Positions 35,500 through 45,171 of a DNA stretch of 45,171 nucleotides are shown one piece after another (positions within the stretch are counted from its first letter, which is position 1; each line of letters opens with the position of its first letter). A program made the position numbers and the translations under genes. The stretch covers positions 1 to 45,171 of the forward strand of contig JALDZS010000187.1 of assembly GCA_022813965.1 (NCBI GenBank), given 5' to 3'. A model generated the notes under the pieces. That model was not told the origin of the DNA, made no database searches, and saw only the letters and a list, made by a program, of their open reading frames with translations. The DNA comes from Toensbergia leucococca. Its lineage: Eukaryota.

Positions 35500-37500
35500 A
35501 TGTCCTGGAACGAAATACCCCCGGTTTATACCAAAGGCCTCTTGGTGGAACAGAAAAGAAGACGGTATCAGTCATCACAGCTGAACGAAGCATCTCTCGT
35601 GGACCCGTTAAACTTCATTCTGTTGCAGACTTCACAGCTCTTCATCCTTCCGACTTAGATGAATAGGCATTCAAAGACGCCTGGAAAGCCCCACGCTTGC
35701 TCAAATCCCAGATATTGCCGCAACATCTGGGAATAGATACGAGCGCTACAAGGTGCCGGCGTCGAAAGAGCTCGAAGCATGGCTGAATCAAACATTCACC
35801 GTCGCTCGAAGAGGCACCTCGGTGCAGACTGCCGTTAGGGACATGTAGCTTTGCCTAGAGTGGCTATCTGTCTGCTACATCTTTCTGCAACCCAACATTA
35901 CGGAACTTCCAAAGTCTTCATAATCCTCTTCATCAGCCACTGACAAACCGTGGCCTCTAGCGCCTTTCAAATCATCAACCAAGTCTTCGACTATGCATCT
36001 AATCTTCTAAACGGTACCTTCACCCGAGAGGCTCTCGCAAGTCACACCTTCAGGGGCGAGATCCACCTCCTCACCCCGGCGCTCGAAGAAATATTCACGC
36101 TAAATCAATGGTCTTTTCCTGAGGACAAACTCCGTGTTGAGACCCGCTTGGCCGACTACCATTCCAAATTCCCTTCCATCGAATTTCCCGTCCAAGGCAG
36201 TCCCTCCACCTTCCCCTCTTACGTGAAGCTAAATGAACGCACCTGCACTTCCGTTTCGACCTCCGGCCTGTTAAGCGCGTGCAAATACGAAGGTATCACC
36301 GTGACCTCGGCAATTCACGCCGCCTACCTAGGCGCTGTGTGGCACGTCTGATATGCCGCGCTCAATTGAGAGTGGCCGCGCCCTGCTTACGGCTACAACT
36401 AAAGAGGATTCTGAGGTAATGATCTTATGATCATCTGATATGCCACGCTCAATAAATAGTTTGAGGAGTGTGAGGAGAAAAGAAAGCTCTCAACCTTGAC
36501 GCAGGATGCGGAGATGAGCCCGGATCTGCAGAAATAGATGAAGAGGAACTAGTCAAGCAATTCGAAGAATTTGTGTTCAAATTCTGAAAGTTTTTTCCAA
36601 GGCTTAGTCAAGAGCGCAAAATGAACAGACACTGAGAATCATTCTACGTGTCATAAGTGCTGGCTAAGACCCGATGATCTGTATGCTACAAGCTGCCTTC
36701 ATATTGTAAGTTCTCACATTATAATGATGATTCATTCAATTACTTTTTAAATCTCATGCAGTATTGCAAAGATTGTCTGAACTCTATGATTTATGAAGTG
36801 ACTCAAATCAATGAAGATCAGGCTGCTTGTCTAAACTGTGACCAGTGTTTCTAAGAGTTCAGACTATGCAATGACTTGAAAGGCCTTCAATCACAGGACA
36901 TTGTGAGTACGCTTCTTCAAGAGAAGATATGTATGACGAGGCGCCGCAAAAATTCCGAGGACTGTACAAGATGAATTGACATGAAGGGTGATCAAGTTCT
37001 ACTGTCTAGTAGACTTGTTGCTCTCATGACACGGAATGGGAAGTCAGCTGTAAAAATTCTCACGATTACTGCGCCTGCTGGCCAAGACTTTCTGACATGG
37101 GCCTGGGGTTTGCGACAGCAGGAAAGACTCTCATATGATGAATCATGGCTGCATGAAAATGCGCGCCAGACAAGTAAGCCAGCGATGAAAGATTCTGACA
37201 ACAAGCCTCCTAGCCCATTGCGATATCCTGATTTACTAGCATTGGGCTCTTGGATGGTGAGTTTATGGTGCCGGATCATAGGGACATGAAAACAGAAAAC
37301 GTGTCATTTTCGTGCGATAATGCCAGTTTGGGGTTCGTGTTGGGGTTGTGGACGTTCAGGGGACGGTTGAATATTCAGGTTTGGTGTAATGTTTCATTCC
37401 ATGGAGACGATCAGATTCCGGAGGTGATGAACTATGATTGATAGGATGTTGACGATGGAGCTTGAGATTGAGATGAAGACAGAGGAAGTTGGGGGGGCGG
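35500..37500 (+). pseudogene. Pseudogene of a CoA-dependent acyltransferase (Tri3 / alcohol acetyltransferase / PapA-like fold), interrupted at about 36350-37050
   Basis: MSWNEIPPGLYQRPLGGTE; AFKDAWKA; FISH*QT (degenerate HxxxD); LLSACKYEGITVTSAIHAA; C-terminal LWTFRGRLNIQVWCN..F. Several stops and frameshifts. Confidence 0.7.
36450..37035 (+). pseudogene. Inserted fragment of a RING-finger SNF2-family helicase gene (Rad5/Rad16/Uls1-like), with one intron at 36706-36761
   Basis: Splices to TCHKCWLRPDDLYATSCLHI|YCKDCLNSM..ACLNCDQCF (C3HC4 RING), followed by (W)IDMKGDQVLLSSRLVAL, which resembles the LPSxK linker. Transition-type stops. Confidence 0.65.
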
Positions 37501-38965
37501 ATTGTTGATCCTGGTTGATTGTGCACAAAAAGGGTATGATATCCTATTCCTTCTAGTCACTATTTCAGGTTGTGTTTGTGCGGTGTATACAGTCTTTGGA
37601 TGTTGATGTCAACATCTACTCGCAACTTGTAAGTCCCCTTTCTATGCAGTATTCAGATCTCAAAAACTGACTTTGACCTGTTGAATTACATGAATCGAGG
37701 ATATTTTATTTGTGTCAGTCATATATTCAAATCAAGGGGATGGCTTTGTTCATATGCACCAATATCATTTTCCATCATTGCCGTCAAGGATTTTCACTGG
37801 CCGGCTCCGAGCCTTTCGCTACCTTACTGCTTATGATAGTCAAGTAGGCCTTGGGGTCTTGACAATATGACCATGTCTATCTCCAAGCAGAGAGATATCT
37901 ACAGATACAATTCCAGACGCCCATTTACAGCATCAATGGCCAGCGCTCAACCCATGAACAAGTCTATATAGACGTAGGTAGATGATTCAAAATATTGACT
38001 TTTTTATTTCACATTCATTACTATTTTTCATCTTCAACTCAAGCATTCACCTTGTCCACTCACTCATTTGCTCTAGTGAGGAACCTAATTCGATTCATCC
38101 TCACATGACACTTCTCACGGCTCTCTTTTTCAACCTTTGTCCTACTTACATAGTTACGTCTTCCTTATTTTCTATCAGTCTTGCTCTCAATCGAACTCTC
38201 ATTTCTTCAATACATGTACACCTATATACTTGCAGTCTTGTGTAGAGAAAGTTCTATGTCCCAGCTCTCTTTAGTCATTCAGAAATTTGAACAACTTTCA
38301 TGTCCATGGCTCGTGGAAAAATCTCCCGATTTCCACAGCCTTCTGGGCTGTATGCAGAAAGAGGAAACAAGCAAACATCAGATGAGTAATAATTTCTAGT
38401 ATATTTGAAGACATGGCCCTCAATCCGAGCACCATTGACTTCGTTTAATTTACACCCTCCGATATTGCGGCAAATGGTCTCGTCCTTGCGGCCGGTGTGA
38501 TTGCAGTCCTGCAAAACTCAAGGACACGTTGGCCTTGGCCATTGGCGCGGATCAAACGTAAGGTCTTGTGTCTCTGTCCACTATCCAAAGGCTTTGTTAA
38601 TCTATCCCACAGGAGTATGACTATCGCAGTTCAAAAGCTTTTTTCATCAAGAATAATATTGCGTGTTGCAGCATGAGGCAACAATGAGTGATCTTTATTG
38701 TCATTAATCTCACTGCGACTATGATCAGCCTGTTTTGCTTGTGATGATCATTCATTTCTCAATCATTATCGGTCGTTGCAAATATCACATGAATTGAAAA
38801 TCACACATAATGTCAAGCAGTTCTCACTTTTCATCCTCTTTCTCCACAGTCCATACCAACCCCTCAGACCCATCGCTCATCTTCAAGAAGCATCTTGATC
38901 CTCTTATCCCAAAACCTCTGCTAAATCGGCGCACATTTCACAAGCCCTTTGTTCCAATATAAACA

Positions 38966-39830
38966 ATGTCAGTAGACACTGGAAACACGTGGCACGCCAC
39001 TGAGGTCGAGAATGACAGGGTGGCCCGAGAGCAGAGGCACTATCAGGAAAGGGCCCGATACGTGAAGGGGACGATGCCAGATGATATTATTTTCAAGCGT
39101 CTCAGCCTACTAGTCTGCTTCTCTGATCATTCTCAAGTCCTCTCCCAAAACTACAACAGCATCCAGACTAGATGTATCTCGCCGGGGTCTTACTACCCCA
39201 ACGAAGTACCAGGAAGAACGGAGACAAAAGATGCTTGAATACGATGCATCAAAGAGTAGTCACCCGTCAACGTCTGACAGACATAGAGGTTTCCGCCGCT
39301 TTTCAAGAGCGGGCAAGAAGCTTGGAAGCGCAAGGTGAATCAATTAATGTGGCAGATGTTGTCGCCGGGAAGAATGCGATAAAACATCTCGTGTATGATG
39401 ACTACCGCACTCTTACAACAAGTCATCAATGAAGAGTGACCGTCCTCTTGAATTAGTTAATCATACTGATCAGATGAATCTAGGTCCTCAAGTGCTCTTC
39501 ACTTTGCTTCACTGAATACCCCTCAACGCCAGTCATCAAACGCTGCAGTAAGCGGTACAGTACTGATCAGACATACAGTCTATGAAGAATACTATGTACG
39601 CATCACTTGCCATCAGAGGCTGTACGAATTGCAGAATTTCTGCCCATGACCGGTTTTGAGAGAAAGCAAGGACACATTCTGTGTGAGTCATCAGAATGTT
39701 GATCATCGCTGACTGTGAAGAGGCTTGTCGTTTCAACATCTCAAAGAATATTTTTTGAAATGACAGGATTGATGACAGAATCAGTCCTTCCTCTATCTCG
39801 GTTCTGTACACACAGGAGAACGTTCACTGG
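38966..39830 (+). pseudogene. Possible degraded gene relic, family unrecognised
   Basis: ATG in good context (AAACAATG), consecutive coding-like ORF pieces and branch-site-like signals, broken by stops. Confidence 0.3.
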
Positions 39831-41330
39831 ATGAAAGCCGGAGTTTTGCTTGGTAAATAAAAATTTCATCTCGAACCTCAAAAGCTCATGTAATCCCCAA
39901 GCCAAAGTCGTGCGGCGATATATAGATGGCTTTCCTCCAGAACCTTCAATAAATCATGACTGTGCATAGCTCGCCTGACAGGCAAATAGCGGCACGTGGC
40001 TTTTGCGGAACAAGCGTGACCCCAGAAGTAAAGTCACAGTGGCCCACTTCGATTTCGATTTCAACGATATTGAGAAGCAGAATTCTGTGTCGGTCGATTG
40101 TTGTACAGCTCTCTACCAGCCTCGACCCTCCCAACGACCGCGCGTCCCCCCACCGGCCCCCAATGCATCACCTCCGCCGCCACTTACGCTGCACCACCTG
40201 CTCCCGCCGTCCCCACCACTCCCACCGCTCCTCGACCCCGCGCGCGTTAGATGATGATATTCGGATCAGAACAAAACTTGCAAAGATTGATACTTCCCTA
40301 AACATGAAGCTGGTATCAAGAACATTGAAATCAATGGGAATCGGGTGGTAGGTCTGACTGTGGCGTGAAATTTCAAAATAGAACTCTGAGTAGCTGAAAA
40401 TAGTACTGTATATAGAACCAAAAAAATACAAGGGAGAGAAGTCGAGACAGAAGAAGGAGGACTAGAAGCAGCTGAGGAAAGCAAAAGACAAGAAGTAGAT
40501 AGAAAAGAAAGCGGGAAAAAAAAGAAGGAGAAGGAGGCGTATGGGGAGGGGGAGGAGGATGAGCGAGATCCTGAGAAGGAGGAGGGAGCGAGGCTGATCA
40601 TCAGGTATGTTCATTTGCTGTACTGATTTGTTTCTCATCTAACTAGAGAAGTGGAGTCGCCATCGGGCAATGGGATGAAGTCATAACCCGAGTGTGAGCC
40701 ATTGGCAAAGTCATCGTAATGCTCTCAATTGTTTGTATCTGCAGTCTGCTAAAAAATTAAATCAGTCGGAGACCAAAGCCTTCACCAAATTTCGGTTTGT
40801 CTCAATGGCCTTGATGGGGCCATAATTGCCAACAAGAAGGTCAAAGTGAAGAAGGCAAGGCCTCCACGCGACGTGGGTGATCAGTTGAGGGGCCGTACTG
40901 GGGGCGGGGATGGGGGGAAGGGGAAGGGACAGGTAAGTAATCTGCTGAAATGTGATTAACCAGATGATAACGTTAGAATTCTTAGGAGGGCGTAGTTGCC
41001 TCCGGTTCCGGCGCCTCCTCGGCCCCATAGGGAGTCGGGGAGGTTCATATTGCATTGCTTTGCTATTGCTTGACGTAAGTAATTAACGCACTTACTATCA
41101 AATTTACTCTTTACCGTCCTAGTGTCAAGTATCAGCAATTTTGTATTGAAGCCTCATGTTGTTGTGGTTGAGTGGAGCGTGTAGTGTGTTTTCTGTCAAC
41201 ACCCCTTTCTTGATTTATGATTCTTGACACAAATCGTACATACCAACCAAGCACAATTTCTTCGGGGCCATTGAGAACTAAGGCAAAAAAAGTCTAGGGA
41301 AAGAAGATATAAATGAGATGATAGTGACTA

Positions 41331-42210
41331 ATGATAGATTTTAGGGATGCCGCCGAAGAGGCCAGGAGACTTGCCGCCATTTTCCTCTCCCATTACGGCA
41401 CTGATCCGGGCCCTCCTCCAGGGACTCACCCCCCAGATTCGCATTCAATCGCTTGCCGGTCTGCCCGCAATCTCTCTTTGTCGGCATCAACCTCTCCTCA
41501 AGCTCGCCTCACTTCCCGTTTCGGCGTGGCTGTTGTTCGAAACGTGGGGGAGTCCGACTCCCGCGGACATGTTGTTGTGAGCATTCCACGGGCTCCCTAG
41601 AGGGTCTCGCTGACTTATTAGGACCCGAATTGGCCTATCGCCGCTCGTTCTTTCTGGGCTCCGCTAGTACTGATTGAACCTCTCTCTGTCTCTGCTGTTT
41701 CAACTTTCAAGCGGGTTCACGTCTCGACCTTCCGCTGTGAGAAGCGCGGACTCCAAAGCTGTCCGTACTGTACGCATCAGAGTCACCCTTGTAAGGAGGT
41801 ATGAAACCCTATAGCGACCTATGACAGTGCGGGAAGTGCTAATAAATTGGGTCCCGCCCGCATTCATTACTGAAGTCAATCGATTGATCCGGCAGCGGAA
41901 CGAAGCCCAAGCATTCAAGGAGGACTCCGCTGCTTTCCGGGCTGCCTACGCGAAGCTCAATGACGCCGTCAAGGCCTGTAAGACTAATGTGAAAGCCTAC
42001 ACGAATCGTGCTAACTGATACGGGCTCACCAAGAAACCGGAGAATCCGGAGCAGATCTCGCTCCTCATCCTGGACGAGTTGAAGTGCTTCCGGCGAACGA
42101 ACGAGCACCTTATAGATACCATCCGCTACGCCGTGGGTAAAAGTTTCCTTTGAGTACGACTTCCACTAACCGTGAAGTAGGCCCAGCTCGAACCGACAAC
42201 ATACAAATAG
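41331..42210 (+). pseudogene. Pseudogene of a small six-cysteine (Zn2Cys6-like) plus coiled-coil protein
   Basis: Removing a 7-bp duplication at about 41698-41710 gives CLCCFKRVHVSTFRCEKRGLQSCPYCTHQSHPCKE. A GTATGA donor follows, then VPPAFITEVNRL... with an in-frame TGA. Confidence 0.45.
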
Positions 42211-43289
42211 CCTAGATTTCGATATTCTACATTACAGCTTGACGCCCTACGAAATCGTGTTAAACTTCCGACACCCCGGGAAACTGAGGTCTCCTTGTCA
42301 AAATCTTTGAATTACACATACCCTCAAATCTTATGTAATATTGGTGAAGAAACATAGGGAGAACGCAATTAGAACTTTATAATGACTAACATACTCAGTA
42401 CGGCCGCTGTGGATTGAAGAATTGACAGAAATCGTCGCTGTAAACAAAGACAGCAATCCCTGAAGGAAGCCTGATGTCTAAGTAAAGAATGTAACATATC
42501 AAACGATGATGAAGAAAAGATTTGTTTTGCCACTCCGCTATGCTCTATGTGAGACGAATTCTCTTGCAAGACTTCATAATTCCGCTATCAATCGTCGCAA
42601 CATACCTCTTTGTCCACTGCATGATCGACGAAATAACTCTGTCGATGGATTTCCAGAGAATGGTAGAGCGTTAGTGCAGCTTTCCGGTAAGTAATACTCT
42701 TCCACTCCTTAAATATTTGTTCTAATCTGTAGCAGGAAATGAGCTTGCTACGATCCTTGAAGCGTTTGGACAAGCTACTGATGGCAATGTCACTGCAAAG
42801 CGACAACGCTTTAGACGATTTATCGGGATCGTAACGGAAATCTGAAGGGTTATGACAGGAAGGGCTGTGGCGAGATCAAACAGGACAAGGGGAATGGAAA
42901 GCTATTGGCTCGTGAAAGCCCTGAGACCACCTTAGGTCCTCCCCTCAGGGATTTGTCGAGGCCTTTAAGGAGGGCACACTGTGCCTGCCCTTGAGCACTC
43001 AATTTGACAACAATGCGTCCTGAGGGTTCCTCTCTACGCTCATCACCATGAATCAATTGATCAAAGCTTTGCCATGATCCTTCCGCAATTTATATGAAGG
43101 AACCCGGCGCGCTCAAATCTACTTGAGGATTCAAGCTATGAAGGCCTTCATCGGGCGCATAAGATCCTCAGCGCATTCAATAAAACGGAAAACATTGAAA
43201 TCATGAAAAGGCAAAAAGCAGAAGCAACAGGGTCGGCACCGCAAGTCAAGAGCAGCAAATCACAGAACTCAGAGGCCAAGGTGATTATA

Positions 43290-44048
43290 TATCTAAATGA
43301 TGGTCATTTGAGTTTGACTCCTATAAATGACACAGCTACTCAACACTGCATTTAACAGCAGCTTCAGGATTTGAGGATAAGAAGAAATTTCATAACATAC
43401 AAGATGAGCACTATCATCAAGGTCTTTAAAATTTATAAGACATTAATGATCAACCTTTAGTCAGATCTGAGAAAGTCTGAAGCTGTTTTTTCTAAAGATT
43501 ACTCTTTTCTTGTATCAAAAACACTCAGGACAGACTGACTTTAATGACTAAGCGGTTGCTGATTAATAGATTATCTAAAATAATGACAAAATTAATACTT
43601 ATGTTAATCTACAAACGTGGCAACCCTACATTTGTGACACACTAACCTGATTAGAAACACTAGTCTTTTTTTTTCTCTTATTACCCCCTCATTTTCTTTC
43701 TTTTTCATTAACATCTCATTCACATCACTAATAATCAGTAGTTCCAACAGCTCAGTATATCTATATGTGATTATTTATTTCTTAATAACAAATACTAATT
43801 TACATAAACTCTCTTAATAACTTTTCTATTAATAATTAGCCTTTATAAGTTAATGTTAATATTATCTTGTAATTTTAACTTAGCAACATTACTATCATTT
43901 CTGTTACTGACATAATAATAATTATTAATTCTCCTTTGTTAACTGAGTAAATCATGAGTTAAAAAAGAATTTACTAAAGCAATGACTTTAAAATGAGGGT
44001 GTTATTATTTATAAAAGAATCATCACTAAGAAGAAGTTCTATTAAAAT
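43290..44048. mobile_element. Heavily mutated AT-rich repeat relic(s), unclassified; possible LTR end ..GTGACA at 43639
   Basis: Abrupt AT enrichment and CpG loss, abutting the Gypsy gag. Confidence 0.45.
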
Positions 44049-45171
44049 CAAGAAACAAAAGACCCTTGTCATCTGTTCTCTTAAGAGTGATGCTCTTTAT
44101 CATTGTCTATTAAGGTCACTGTTCTTAGTCATTAATTCTTTCTTATCTGCAATAAATATTATTAAGCATTAAGTGATAATTTATGAGAATCTCAATAAGG
44201 TTTAAAATGCCTGCTAAGATTTTAATAAACTACAGCAGATAAGCAATAAGCTGTTTCATCAGTTCTATGCAATCTTTCTTCTTCTAATCTCATCATTAGA
44301 CATTAATGAGATGACTCTCATTATCTACTTAAATAAGAAAGTCAACTCTTAATTATAGGCAGTTTTAGCTATGACCTTATCTGACTTCATCAGTCTCTCA
44401 CAACTGCAGAGCTACCTGCAAAAGGTAGGCAAAAAACAGAGATACAACTGAATGTTGCATGAAATCACCTCTCTTCTCACTGTGAAACTCATTTACAAGG
44501 TCTCTACTCTCATCTCTCAGACCTTAATAACTCACAGCGCTTATCTAAAGAAGTCAGTAATTATCTTGACTGACAAGTCTGTGACTGTCTGTGCTCTCAC
44601 CTTCTTACAGAGAAGATCCTTCTGAATCATGTCTGTAAATGTAAAAGACTTTCTGCGCACCTTTAAAACCTGCTACAACTGTGACAAGCTCAGTCACTTT
44701 GCTTCAGACTGCACAGAGTCTAAGAAAGTTAGTCTCAGAGATTACATTTAAGAGATCTCTAATATTAATAAGAAAAAAGATGAAAAAGAGACTGAAGAGA
44801 AGGTTGAAAGACTTTAGAGACAGAAAACTAAAGCCCTTCATCAAAGACATGATGAAGAGAGAGTTGTCAATTGCTTCTTTAAATTCTGATCAGAATCCTT
44901 ATGCACTTAAGCTTTTTATCACAGCATGCACTCTGTTTGTAATCAACATTAATTATAAAATACAAGCTTTGATTAATACTGATGCTCATGACTATGCTTT
45001 TATTGACTCTATTGCCGCACATTCCCTTTGTAAACTCTTCTCAATCTTATCTATTTTGTTAATCAAGTCTAAACTCATTCAAGGGCTTAACAGAGAACAC
45101 AGCACATCTATTACACATCAGATTCTGATAAGTCTGCAAATAATAAATTACTTTAAACTGTTCTGCTTATT
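44049..45171 (+). mobile_element. Second, 5'-truncated copy of the same Gypsy family (gag, zinc knuckle, protease), running off the window
   Basis: 44049-44450 aligns with 259-660, differing mostly by transitions. Knuckle CYNCDKLSHFASDC and protease ALINTDA (from ALIDTGA). Confidence 0.93.

Noticed and set aside
43618..43628. TGGCAACCCTA as a hAT terminal inverted repeat
   Set aside because: No matching TAGGGTTGCCA partner or TSD seen in the window.

Overview
Eukaryotic DNA from a filamentous ascomycete (Pezizomycotina), shown by short GT-AG introns with CTRAY branch sites and C>T/G>A-mutated transposon relics. An intact housekeeping core at about 15.3-35.1 kb holds HIS1, RPS28, NAD-glycerol-3-P dehydrogenase, a domesticated MuDR/CCHC gene, GDB1, a 3-exon orphan, SLX9-like and UBA4. 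Decaying repeat-rich zones flank it. The left zone has a chromodomain Ty3/Gypsy with nested LTRs, a Mutator-like MITE, a large S/T-rich surface protein gene and an internally deleted DIRS/Ngaro (tyrosine recombinase) retroelement. The right zone has an acyltransferase pseudogene interrupted by an intron-containing RING/SNF2-helicase fragment, other gene relics and a second copy of the same Gypsy family. The most unusual unexplained structure is a non-coding array at about 14130-14800, between the Ngaro 3' end and HIS1. It has 3.3 units with a 200/202/200 bp period, in which conserved, mutually complementary blocks alternate with diverged segments, so it is a candidate multimeric structured RNA. 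All gene models were spliced by eye and family calls come from recognised motifs; no database search was run.
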